Shown in pieces: positions 1-8,393 of a DNA stretch of 45,488 bases (position 1 is the first letter of the stretch; each line of letters begins with the position of its first letter). The notes below the pieces were generated by a model, which did not search any database, was not told the DNA's origin, and saw only the letters and a program-made list of their open reading frames with translations. Origin of the DNA: a virus (lineage: Duplodnaviria > Caudoviricetes); the IMG/VR virus record IMGVR_UViG_3300016662_000110, positions 1 through 45,488 of that record, one strand, 5' to 3'. The translations under genes and the position numbers were made by a program.

Positions 1-1350
1 ATGAGCGATTACGATAAGTATAAAGAAGATGTTACAGATGATATCAAAACTTGCATCGAGGCTATGGGCTGTCAGCCTATACTTTTCGTAGGGTCAGGTC
101 TTACTAAAAGATATATTGATGGTCCAAACTGGGAGGAGTTATTGCACTCACTTAGTGAGGTCTGCCCAGAGATCGACAAAAAATTTGCTTATTATTTGCA
201 GCGCTATCCGAACCTAGTAGATATTGGAACCGTTTTCTCGGAGAAATTCAATGACTGGGCATGGAGTGGTGGCGAAAATGAATTTCCAAGCGAACTATTT
301 GGCACGGGAAATGATCCAGATATTTACTTTAAGTATGCAGTTTGCGAAGTATTTAAAGGCTTGTTGAATGATGCAACCATCGCTGGTAACGATGAGGTTG
401 AGTTACTAAAAAAAATACATCCCCATTCAATTATTACAACTAACTATGATTGCTTGCTTGAAAAAATATTTCCTGACTATGCTCCTATAATTGGGCAGCA
501 AATTCTTTATGCCAATCATGCAAGTGTAGGGGAGATATTTAAGATACATGGATGTGCCTCGGAATCTGGAAGTGTGGTTATCACCAGAGAGGATTATGAT
601 AATTTTCTGAAAAAGAAAAAATATCTAAGTGCTAAAATGCTTGCTTTTTTTGCTGAGCATCCGCTTATTTTTATTGGGTATAGTGCAGAAGATCCAAATA
701 TCAGAGCGATCCTGTCAGATATTGATGAGATTCTATCCGAAAATGGTGCGCTAATTCCCAATATCTACCACTTGGAGTGGTCTAGTAAAGAGGTTGCTGG
801 GTACCCTAGGCGTGAACGCCTGATATCAGTATCAGAAAACAAGAGTGTTCGCATAAAAAGTATTGTAGCGAACGACTATAGTTGGGTGTATAAGGCTTTT
901 GGAGCTAATCAAGCTCTGGATAATGTTAATCCTAAATTGTTGCGTGCACTTCTCGCTCGAACCTATGAGTTAGTGCGCTCAGATATACCTAAGAATCCTA
1001 TCCAGGTTGATTATACTGTACTTTCAAATGTGTCTGAGTCTGAGGGGGCATTGGCTAAGCTCTACGGAATAGCTGATGCGTCAGATGGTCTCGCTTTTAA
1101 TGTAAACTTCCCTTTTACTCCATCAACCTTGGGGGTTAGTTTAGGTTATAAAGGCTGGCATGACGCAAATAAGCTGCTTGAAATTTTAAAGAATACTTCT
1201 GGTGTGGACATTAAGTCGTTCGATAATAAGTATCATTGTGCGGTGATGAATGGTAGCGAAGTTCAAGCGCACCGATATTCTAGTTTGTTGCGGCAGCTGC
1301 TTGAGAAGATTAAGGTTGGAGACGAATATACGTTGGATTTGCCAGCGTGA
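1..1350 (+). CDS. SIR2-family (SIR2_2-like) NADase-domain protein, candidate anti-phage effector
   Basis: Motifs FVGSGLT, IITTNYD, KIHG and LIFIGYS-EDPNI typical of defence-associated sirtuin domains; AT-rich; extra C-terminal domain. Confidence 0.85.
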   Translation: MSDYDKYKEDVTDDIKTCIEAMGCQPILFVGSGLTKRYIDGPNWEELLHSLSEVCPEIDKKFAYYLQRYPNLVDIGTVFSEKFNDWAWSGGENEFPSELFGTGNDPDIYFKYAVCEVFKGLLNDATIAGNDEVELLKKIHPHSIITTNYDCLLEKIFPDYAPIIGQQILYANHASVGEIFKIHGCASESGSVVITREDYDNFLKKKKYLSAKMLAFFAEHPLIFIGYSAEDPNIRAILSDIDEILSENGALIPNIYHLEWSSKEVAGYPRRERLISVSENKSVRIKSIVANDYSWVYKAFGANQALDNVNPKLLRALLARTYELVRSDIPKNPIQVDYTVLSNVSESEGALAKLYGIADASDGLAFNVNFPFTPSTLGVSLGYKGWHDANKLLEILKNTSGVDIKSFDNKYHCAVMNGSEVQAHRYSSLLRQLLEKIKVGDEYTLDLPA

Positions 1351-1448
1351 TTTGCTCTGTTGTAGTTTGCTAGGGGGGAGGTTTACACCTCCCTCCTGCC
1401 ATTTTGATGGCGCTAACTTAAAGTGTTTACAATTTTGGGACGTATAAA

Positions 1449-2684
1449 GTGAGCCAAGAAAAACCATATTCCTCCATAGAACCTTTGGTCCTGGCCTTCA
1501 TGGAAGGTGTGATAGGTAATTATCTAGCCCCATTGATGGCCTATGTACAAAAGAATTCAGAGCTCATCAAAACAGCTCCCGGCTTCCTGATAAATCCTGA
1601 AGAAATTGTTATATATGTCGGTAGGACGCATATAGCTATCGAGTACATTGGGTCGGAAATTTCTGCAGAGGTGAAAAAAGATTCGCTTTATAAGATGAGA
1701 ATTCATGATTGTTCGGTTAGTGAATGTAATATTTTTGAGAAAATTATAGGCTTTGAGTACGACTCAAATTCAAGCAGTATGTTTTCCTTGCCCTTGCCGC
1801 TCTTTAGTGAGGACCTAGTACTGCCAACAAATAAGGGGTGGGATAAACTTTCTGAGTTAAAATGGAATTTCGCAGCTCAGAGCAGTATTATGGGTTTTAA
1901 TGTGCCAAGCCCTGCTCCAATGAAAGGTCAGTTCACTAGGATTGTGAATGGTATTTTTTTTGATGCTGATGAATCAGGATTAAAAACTAGGCATATAAAA
2001 TGGCTGGACTTTTTTCCTATCCATTTTGATGGTAGTGATGAGGAGTTTGACCGTATTGGATTTGATTTGGGTCAGATTAAAGATATGGTCGAGCATGATG
2101 CGCATTACTCTTATCCTATGCCTGATGAATATAAATATATACAGTTGCCTAAGATAAATAGATTTATCGAGGTGTGGGGGAATTCAAAAAGTACGGAACC
2201 TGATATAACCTCTCATCTTTCAAAGGAGGAGAATAAATTCATTCTTACTATGAAGTTTGGCGCGAAGGATGTTTTCTCCGAGCTAACTTGTGAATGGCAA
2301 AGTGAAGATCGGAATAGTATAAGGCCTGATTTTTTTGTTGTGCAGCCTAACGGCTATGCAGATATTATTGAGTTCAAACTACCTGAGATTGACAAAAGCT
2401 TTGTTGTTGGCAGTCAGAATAGAGAGTCATTCTCATCTTGGCTGAATTCATATATTTCTCAAACTAGAGTTTATGCTACCTACTTTGATGATCCTAATAA
2501 TAGAAGTTGGTTTGAAAAGAAGTATGGGTTCAAGGTGCACAAGCCAAAAAGGTGGCTTGTAGTAGGGCGCAGAAGTGATTTTGCATCTGATGTATGGCGG
2601 GACATAATGTCCGACTACCGAGATTTGGAAATAATAACCTTTGATGATTTGATAGACGGAGTTGTGGTGCAGTTTTATAAGTAA
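1449..2684 (+). CDS. Shedu (SduA/DUF4263)-like PD-(D/E)xK nuclease with unknown N-terminal domain
   Basis: C-terminal RPDF...IIEFKLP...ISQTRVY...LVVGRR...EIITFDDL pattern; GTG start. Confidence 0.75.
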   Translation: MSQEKPYSSIEPLVLAFMEGVIGNYLAPLMAYVQKNSELIKTAPGFLINPEEIVIYVGRTHIAIEYIGSEISAEVKKDSLYKMRIHDCSVSECNIFEKIIGFEYDSNSSSMFSLPLPLFSEDLVLPTNKGWDKLSELKWNFAAQSSIMGFNVPSPAPMKGQFTRIVNGIFFDADESGLKTRHIKWLDFFPIHFDGSDEEFDRIGFDLGQIKDMVEHDAHYSYPMPDEYKYIQLPKINRFIEVWGNSKSTEPDITSHLSKEENKFILTMKFGAKDVFSELTCEWQSEDRNSIRPDFFVVQPNGYADIIEFKLPEIDKSFVVGSQNRESFSSWLNSYISQTRVYATYFDDPNNRSWFEKKYGFKVHKPKRWLVVGRRSDFASDVWRDIMSDYRDLEIITFDDLIDGVVVQFYK

Positions 2685-3032
2685 AAGTTGTAGTCTTGCA
2701 ATAGTGATATTGTTGAGTCTTTGAGTTGTTAGTGGGGCGACTTAGTGCGCCCCCGTCAACCAAGTGCTGGTGTCTAGTTTGGCACTAAGCTGATTAGCAA
2801 TGCTGGCTAATAACTGGTGAGTATTATGCTTTTGTCGTATCGGCCTAAAGAGTCAGATATGACCGCTAGAAGGAAACGATTTGCCTTCGTAAATACGTAA
2901 ATCCCAGTTTTTTGCCGGTGCCTTCTATTTGCCTAAATTTTAAGCTGGTTGCAGTAATCCAATAGTTATGGGTTGTTCCTGTCATAGAGTTAATATGCAT
3001 ATTTATTGGCCTTATTACCTTAAGGCACTGAA

Positions 3033-4097
3033 TCATTTCGTGGGTTTAACAATCTCTCCAACCCTCCGATATACCTTCTTAGTAATCTCCTCGGTCGAGT
3101 GCCCCAAGAGTCTACTCGCATGCGATAGCTCAATCTCACTTGCCGCTTTGGGCCGGATATCCTTGAATTGAAACTGCCGAATACTAACGGCCAGTGCTGG
3201 ATCACCATCTGTCGCAGCTTTGATAGCTGCTTTCTCCCGCGCATCATCCCACCGGTTACGCAGCATCTGTTGGCTCATACGCAGCCCGGACGAGTTCGTA
3301 ATCAGTGTCGATGTTTTAACGCCGTTGATAGCCCTGCGCTCCAGTAAATCATTGATAAAGGTGCTCAACCCCGATTGGATACCTGCATCCTCCAGTCGAA
3401 GGCGCAGACGCTTTTCGGTTTTGCCCTGGCCAATCAGCAAAAAGCCGTTATTCAAATCAGTTGCTGCTATTTTGAGCACATCGGCCGGACGCTGCCCCGT
3501 CAGGTACGCCAAGTCCATCGCATCCTTCAGTTCTTGTGCGGCCTCGGCGTACACCGCGTTCCAAACGATTTCACCGGCGTAGTAGTCCCGGGGTTTCTCT
3601 TTGTTTCGGCGAACGCCAAAGCAAGGGTTGGCCTTGTCTGTCAGGCCCCATTCGCGCGCGATTGTAAACGCGTGGGAGAGCAAAGCGATTTCCCGGTTGG
3701 CCCTGACCTTAGCTGTTCGGGCATCGCGGTATTGGGCCACAACCTGTGGTGTGATCGACTCAATGGGGGCGCTCTCAAACGCTTTTCTGAGCTGTTTGAG
3801 TTCTTTGTGGTTGTCGGACTGGGTACGGATTGCCTTACCTGGGATGATTTCCTTTTCGTACCGGTCAAACACATAGGCCATCAGGTGGTTGGGTTTAGGT
3901 GGTGCCGTACGCTCAAGTCGCGCCCACTCCGCTTTTGCCTGATCGAGATCTGGGCCTAGCGGTATTTCCTTTCGTTTACCGGCTTCATCTCTTCCGTTGT
4001 AGTAATACGATACCCACACCTTCCCGGTCTTCCTCTTGCGGATGCGACGTATCATCCGCGGCGGAAGATCTCGGTTTGCTATACTTTTTTGGCGCAT
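3033..4097 (-). CDS. int: Phage integrase (tyrosine recombinase)
   Basis: TGQR, KDIR, LLGH and C-terminal Tyr (KVYRR); N-terminal arm-binding-like segment. Confidence 0.95.
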   Translation of the reverse strand: MRQKSIANRDLPPRMIRRIRKRKTGKVWVSYYYNGRDEAGKRKEIPLGPDLDQAKAEWARLERTAPPKPNHLMAYVFDRYEKEIIPGKAIRTQSDNHKELKQLRKAFESAPIESITPQVVAQYRDARTAKVRANREIALLSHAFTIAREWGLTDKANPCFGVRRNKEKPRDYYAGEIVWNAVYAEAAQELKDAMDLAYLTGQRPADVLKIAATDLNNGFLLIGQGKTEKRLRLRLEDAGIQSGLSTFINDLLERRAINGVKTSTLITNSSGLRMSQQMLRNRWDDAREKAAIKAATDGDPALAVSIRQFQFKDIRPKAASEIELSHASRLLGHSTEEITKKVYRRVGEIVKPTK

Positions 4098-4100
4098 GGA

Positions 4101-4337
4101 TCAGCTTACCTTCGACAAGTCTAGCGTCCACGTTTCGGCCGCAGCACTGACAGCGTAAGGCTGTACACCTGCAAGCTTCATTCGGGCGTATACCCTGCCT
4201 ACGATCGGGCGACGCGCGCCAGTCAGGACAAACTCCCAGTGATTGTTAGTCAACCACTGGATATGTTTTGAAGGGATTTGATAGCCGGTGATGGTGGCCA
4301 GCTCTTCGTCAGTTAGTGTTTCGCTTTGAAGTTCCAT
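4101..4337 (-). CDS. Excisionase-like protein (DUF4224 type)
   Basis: Small protein directly upstream of int; LTDEELATITGY...WL...G.RPIVGR pattern. Confidence 0.8.
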   Translation of the reverse strand: MELQSETLTDEELATITGYQIPSKHIQWLTNNHWEFVLTGARRPIVGRVYARMKLAGVQPYAVSAAAETWTLDLSKVS

Positions 4338-4405
4338 CAAGCAGCTCTCCTAGAGTGCTGGCTTTGCTGCCACGGATTATTCGCGAGAGTGTGGTGTGCG
4401 TGCAT
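4337..4405 (-). CDS. 22-aa leader ORF (MHAHHTLANNPWQQSQHSRRAA) coupled to xis
   Basis: ATG lies in the CACAGCACATG box; its TGA overlaps the xis ATG (TGATG). Confidence 0.4.
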   Translation of the reverse strand: MHAHHTLANNPWQQSQHSRRAA

Positions 4406-4425
4406 GTGCTGTGTACCTTGTGAAG

Positions 4426-4461
4426 CTGCCGCCGGGATCATTGGTGAGAGGCTGGCGGCAG
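4426..4461 (-). promoter_or_regulatory. Hairpin with CCTCTCACCAA loop (motif copy 1)
   Basis: Minus strand CTGCCGCC-AG-CCTCTCACCAATGATC-CC-GGCGGCAG. Confidence 0.6.
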
Positions 4462-4479
4462 GGTATTGCAGGTGGCGAT

Positions 4480-5301
4480 TTACAAAGTGGCTTCGTACAG
4501 CGGCACTTCGTGGATGGCAGCTCGAATTTTGTCGCGCACCGCGTTGTAGGCTTCTTCAAGCACTTTGTCCGGGCGCACCAGTTCGAACCACATCATCAAC
4601 CGGCCGTCCTGGATGCGATAACGGAAGCGCGCCGGAACGCAGAACGCATCGCCGCCAAGAAAAGGTTTCACGCCAATGAAGAACTGCTCCGGAATACGCA
4701 GCTGTCCAGCCTCGCCTGCACGACCATCGATCTCTTCGTTATAGGTCAGTTGCACTTGGCCATTGTCGAGACGGGTGCCCTGGCGGAAGCTGATATTTTT
4801 CTTGGCTTCGAGGGTTCGGCTGATTTCCAGCATGTCAGCTGCACCTGGAGCGTTTTGTTCATTGGCAGGCTGGGTGATATCCCATACGTTTTCTTCGATG
4901 AACTCGGCAAAAGTCGCTTGGTCCATGCGCTTGCGGTCGTTTTCCTTCCAGCGCCCCCACTCAACAGTGGTCGGGCAACGATAGGTCGCAACGTGTTCGC
5001 GCCATGCAGGGCTTTCTGGTTGGTGGTAATCGATAACCGCTGAGAAGGTTCGACCTTCTGGGCCGTTGCAGAAAACGGCGGTGGCAGAAGTGGCGAAGCG
5101 ATTCACGTAATCAATGAACGACTCCGCATCCAGAACGGTGAGCTTTTGCTTGGTGCGGGTTGGTGCAGGTAGCAGGTGCTCCAGGTTCTCGAGCGATACG
5201 CCATGCGGTACCAGCGCAATCGGCGCTGCCAGGCCAGGGTGGTCGACAGGCTTGCCAAGGGCTTGGGCCAGAGTGAACAGCTGTTGTAGGGCTTGTTGCA
5301 T
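4480..5301 (-). CDS. YfdQ/DUF2303-family phage protein
   Basis: SFIDYVNR, AVIDYH, QATFAEFIEEN, F.IG.KPFLGG, ARFRYR; ATG at 5301 with GGAG RBS. Confidence 0.85.
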   Translation of the reverse strand: MQQALQQLFTLAQALGKPVDHPGLAAPIALVPHGVSLENLEHLLPAPTRTKQKLTVLDAESFIDYVNRFATSATAVFCNGPEGRTFSAVIDYHQPESPAWREHVATYRCPTTVEWGRWKENDRKRMDQATFAEFIEENVWDITQPANEQNAPGAADMLEISRTLEAKKNISFRQGTRLDNGQVQLTYNEEIDGRAGEAGQLRIPEQFFIGVKPFLGGDAFCVPARFRYRIQDGRLMMWFELVRPDKVLEEAYNAVRDKIRAAIHEVPLYEATL

Positions 5302-5341
5302 TGGATGTGCTCCAGTGGGTAGTGCAAGTGGTGAGAGGTTT

Positions 5342-5683
5342 TTACTGGCTGACTTGCCGCAGTACTTCAGGCTTGTCATCGTTCACCGTCCGAAGCGGAA
5401 GATCCTGTTGGCGTGGGTCACGACGGGTGAGGTTGCCTTCGGGGGTCAGGAAGAACAAAGACGTGCCACGTGAAAGGGCCGGTTCTTTGGCTTTTACGTC
5501 CGCTTTGATAGTCATCTGGCCGTTGCCATCAGGCTTGTAGGCGAGCTTGATCGTCAGCTCGCCCCCTTTGCCTGTTAAACGAATGGCGTCGATCAGGCTG
5601 TGCTGGGTCTCGCTAAGCTCATCCAGCAGGCCGCCGGCTTCGATGTCGCGCAGGGTGTCAATGAATGGACGTGACTTGCTCAT
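5342..5683 (-). CDS. YfdP-like phage protein (usual partner of DUF2303)
   Basis: TGKGGELTIKL...FFLTPEGNLTRRDPRQ; adjacent to the DUF2303 gene. Confidence 0.7.
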   Translation of the reverse strand: MSKSRPFIDTLRDIEAGGLLDELSETQHSLIDAIRLTGKGGELTIKLAYKPDGNGQMTIKADVKAKEPALSRGTSLFFLTPEGNLTRRDPRQQDLPLRTVNDDKPEVLRQVSQ

Positions 5684-5737
5684 GTGCTGTGCCTCATTGC
5701 GTTGGTTTTTGTAGCCCCCCTGGATATCAGGGGGGAC

Positions 5738-5980
5738 TTAGGCGGCCTGGCTAGGTGCTTGTGCATCTAGATAGGCCGCCAACATGTGCAAATACACCAC
5801 TGGCTTTGCTCGGCTTGAGCGGTGTAGTCGCGTTACTTTCAGTGCGATGCGTCCGGCTTTGATTTCGCTGAGCAGGTAGCGATCAGTCCTGATGTGTGCG
5901 AAGTAGCGTTCGCGTACCGCCGTCAGACTGGGGCAAGGTGTGGCGAACTCCTTGCGCAGTTGATCGAGTGTGTTGCTCAC
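5738..5980 (-). CDS. Pyocin activator PrtN-family protein
   Basis: TLDQLRKEF...LTAVRERYF...IKAGRIAL...VYLHMLAAYLD; GTG start overlapping the upstream stop. Confidence 0.75.
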   Translation of the reverse strand: MSNTLDQLRKEFATPCPSLTAVRERYFAHIRTDRYLLSEIKAGRIALKVTRLHRSSRAKPVVYLHMLAAYLDAQAPSQAA

Positions 5981-6351
5981 GCTGGATCCTCCCCGTACCC
6001 CTCCTGTGGGAGCAGCAACTTGAGGCGGATTAACTCGGCCAAGCCTTCTTTGGTCTTCCCCATCGCCGCGGCACAAATGTGCCCCTCGCTGTCGGCAATT
6101 ACAGCGCCGTATGGGTATTCAGGGCAGCGGGTAGGGGTGACGTAAGCAGTCTGCCCGTCACTGATTACTGCATTTACGCAACGAAACACCTCGATCAGCT
6201 CAGCAGATGCCGCGGGAAGTGCCTCAAGCAGAGCAACAGCCTCTGCTGATGCCCCAATCATCGTGGCGCGACTGACGATGGCCGGGTTGTTGACGAATAT
6301 CGGGACCAGTTTCAAGGCGCCGATCGCTTGCGTGATGGCGTTCTGTTTCAT
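5977..6351 (-). CDS. Hypothetical phage protein
   Basis: ORF overlaps both neighbours by 4 nt in the leftward operon. Confidence 0.75.
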   Translation of the reverse strand: MKQNAITQAIGALKLVPIFVNNPAIVSRATMIGASAEAVALLEALPAASAELIEVFRCVNAVISDGQTAYVTPTRCPEYPYGAVIADSEGHICAAAMGKTKEGLAELIRLKLLLPQEGYGEDPA

Positions 6352-6629
6352 GCGGCGGCGTCCTTTTTAGCAGGGGTCACGGTGTTGCCCAGTTGCTTGC
6401 TTAACCAACTCACGCCGGGCTCTTTCACCATCACAACCGCGTAATAGCTGAAGGTGTTGATGTTCGCGTTCCAGCGACTGCGCGTGTCTACATACAGATA
6501 ACCCTGGTCTCGGTGCTTGCTGGCCAGCTCACCGTTCTGAGTCAAAATCCCAAGCTCACGTAAGCGACTGCGGAAGGCGCGTGGTTTCAAGCCAAGTAGG
6601 GCGGCAGTAGCATCCAGGGTTCGGTTCAT
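6348..6629 (-). CDS. Antirepressor KilA-C (ANT) domain protein
   Basis: AALLGLKPRAF..RLRELGIL...HRDQGY...VKEPGVSWL; AGGAG RBS before ATG 6629. Confidence 0.75.
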   Translation of the reverse strand: MNRTLDATAALLGLKPRAFRSRLRELGILTQNGELASKHRDQGYLYVDTRSRWNANINTFSYYAVVMVKEPGVSWLSKQLGNTVTPAKKDAAA

Positions 6630-6640
6630 GTGACTGCTCC

Positions 6641-7204
6641 TTAAGCCGCTGCGCGAGCGCAAAGAGCATTGAAGATCTCGTCCAGTTGGCCGGTCATCTG
6701 CTCAATCGTTTCGTCGTTGTGCACCACGAAATCGTTGTCGTGTATGGCTATCCCGGTTTCGCTGATATGTGGGTTCACATCGGGTGCGCTTTCGCGTAGC
6801 AAATGAATGACCAGTCCGCCTTTCTCCCGAACGAAAGCCGCTTCGTTTTCGAAACGAAGATCGCTAATCACAAAGCCGGAGGCTGCTGTGTTGGTTTGTT
6901 CGAGGAATCCAAGATTTTGCTCGGCCAGAAGCAGCCACAGTTCTGGGTGCACCTGATTACGGCCCCACTCGGTGCCCATCGACTGCATCAGTTCGCGTGC
7001 GGAGCGGCCTAGCCAGGCGATTGGCTGTTCTTTGTGCTCGTCGTCAAAGTCACGTGGGCTAAGGTTGAGGATGGTTGTTAGGCCTTCACGCAGCGGGTCT
7101 GCGAATGCGTAAGTCTGGAGGTTGTGCGTGCAGACTAGGTGTTTGGCAGCGGTTGTTTTGCCCGTGCGGGCGAGGCCTGCTAATCCAATCAGTAACTTTT
7201 TCAT
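6641..7204 (-). CDS. Deoxynucleoside monophosphate kinase
   Basis: P-loop GLARTGKTT, FADPLR, RELMQSMGTEWGR, VISDLRFENE, HISETG. Confidence 0.9.
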   Translation of the reverse strand: MKKLLIGLAGLARTGKTTAAKHLVCTHNLQTYAFADPLREGLTTILNLSPRDFDDEHKEQPIAWLGRSARELMQSMGTEWGRNQVHPELWLLLAEQNLGFLEQTNTAASGFVISDLRFENEAAFVREKGGLVIHLLRESAPDVNPHISETGIAIHDNDFVVHNDETIEQMTGQLDEIFNALCARAAA

Positions 7205-7392
7205 GCCGCACTACCTCCGAATGAGGAGGTGGTTTGAGCGGGTTGAGCGACCAGCGCGATTCGCTCTTTAGTGGTGATGATGACCAGAAGCCCTGTGCGG
7301 CGTTGAATGGCTTCAATTGAGGCGCGACTGGTGCAGGCTGTCGGATGTAGATAGATCCGGCAGCGGGCAACACTGTGCTGTGTCATATGCAT
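7201..7392 (-). CDS. Small hypothetical protein, first gene of the leftward operon
   Basis: 63-aa ORF with ATGA overlap into the kinase gene. Confidence 0.65.
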   Translation of the reverse strand: MHMTQHSVARCRIYLHPTACTSRASIEAIQRRTGLLVIITTKERIALVAQPAQTTSSFGGSAA

Positions 7393-7393
7393 G

Positions 7394-7422
7394 GCTCGTA
7401 CTCTTGGTGAGAGGTTTCGAGC
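7394..7422 (-). promoter_or_regulatory. Hairpin with CCTCTCACCAA loop at the 5' end of the leftward operon (nutL-like position)
   Basis: Minus strand GCTCG-AAA-CCTCTCACCAAGAG-TA-CGAGC. Confidence 0.6.
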
Positions 7423-7425
7423 TAA

Positions 7426-7468
7426 AGACTACAATTTAATTTGTAATATGGTCAACAGGCTAATTTGT
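7426..7468 (-). promoter_or_regulatory. pL promoter with two operators (OL)
   Basis: Minus strand TTGACC-18 nt-TAGTCT; operators ACAATTTAATTTGT (7431-7444) and ACAGGCTAATTTGT (7455-7468). Confidence 0.7.
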
Positions 7469-7484
7469 ATTATTTTCTTTTAAC

Positions 7485-7515
7485 AAAAAAAAGCCCGAAT
7501 TAACGGGCTTTTTTT
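7485..7515. terminator. Bidirectional intrinsic terminator downstream of cI
   Basis: A8-GCCCG-AATTAA-CGGGC-T7. Confidence 0.85.
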
Positions 7516-7528
7516 GTAGTCTGAATTC

Positions 7529-8287
7529 TTATCTCAGAACTGAATACCAGAAGACGCGGCCTAATACGACGATCTCCTCATTACGAATCTTCTCCGGAGT
7601 GTACTCCTCGTCCGGATACTCGTCGCGATTGAAGCTGCGCATCCTGATGCCGCCTGCAGGTAGGCGATACAGCATCTTCACTCGCAAATGGTCGTTATGC
7701 CTTAAGGCATAAATATCCCCATCTTTGATGTCTTTCCTTCCTTGATCGACCCCTACAGTGCTGCCGTTAGGGAGTACGGGCTCCATGCTGTGTCCTGAGA
7801 CGGTCACGCAAATTGCGTTTTCAGGATCAATGCCCTGGCGCCTTAAGGTCATCTTTCCGAATCGCAGTTTCGAGCGGGAGTGGTGCTGAACTGCTGTGCA
7901 GCCCGAACCTGCAGACAGCTCTATTTCCTTGAGCAAAGGGATTTCTACCTCGTCATCATCCAGCGGGGTTTCGTCGTCCCACACTTCAATCGGACCAAGC
8001 ATTACTGCGTCTGCAGTAACGGTATTGGGCGCTGTCTGTGTGGCTGGGCTTGTGCCGGCAACCTCATCCATAGATAGCCCAAGTACCTGGGCTATCTGGA
8101 GTGCAAATCGTGTGTTTTGAGTATTGCCGGCTTCAAACGCAGCATAGGTTTGCTGGCTGAAGGTTTCATCAGGGCCAAGGAGTTCGCGGACCCGGTCAGC
8201 AAGGGCTACCTGGCTTAATTTCAGGGCCTTCCTGCGGGTCTTGAAAAGTGAGGCTACAGGCGAGGGTGAGCGCGTTGGTTTATTCAT
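7529..8287 (-). CDS. cI: CI-like repressor (HTH + S24 peptidase; PrtR-like)
   Basis: N-terminal HTH; SAGSG cleavage site; GHSMEP catalytic Ser; LRVKML Lys. Confidence 0.93.
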   Translation of the reverse strand: MNKPTRSPSPVASLFKTRRKALKLSQVALADRVRELLGPDETFSQQTYAAFEAGNTQNTRFALQIAQVLGLSMDEVAGTSPATQTAPNTVTADAVMLGPIEVWDDETPLDDDEVEIPLLKEIELSAGSGCTAVQHHSRSKLRFGKMTLRRQGIDPENAICVTVSGHSMEPVLPNGSTVGVDQGRKDIKDGDIYALRHNDHLRVKMLYRLPAGGIRMRSFNRDEYPDEEYTPEKIRNEEIVVLGRVFWYSVLR

Positions 8288-8298
8288 GCTCAGAGGAT

Positions 8299-8364
8299 AC
8301 AAACCCTTTTGTATTGGTTCCAACACGTTAATTTGTTGCGATAATACAAATTAACATGTATTTT
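8299..8364. promoter_or_regulatory. OR region: three 14-bp operators and pR
   Basis: ACAAACCCTTTTGT (8299-8312), ACACGTTAATTTGT (8323-8336), ACAAATTAACATGT (8346-8359); pR TTGCGA-17 nt-TATTTT. Confidence 0.75.
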
Positions 8365-8393
8365 TCGTTTGTACTTTCCGCTTTGAGGTCCTC

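Noticed and set aside
1351-1448. Integron attC sites flanking the defence genes
   Set aside because: GTT and AAC triplets are in the wrong order for RYYYAAC...GTTRRRY, and the integrase is phage-type rather than IntI.
2685-3032. attL core or tRNA 3' end downstream of the integrase
   Set aside because: No convincing direct repeat shared with 41090-45488 was found by eye (only a short TTTTTTGCC match) and no tRNA-like sequence is visible.
3150-3170. Inactive integrase because HxxR reads KDIR
   Set aside because: Lys at this position occurs in functional tyrosine recombinases, and the other catalytic residues are present.
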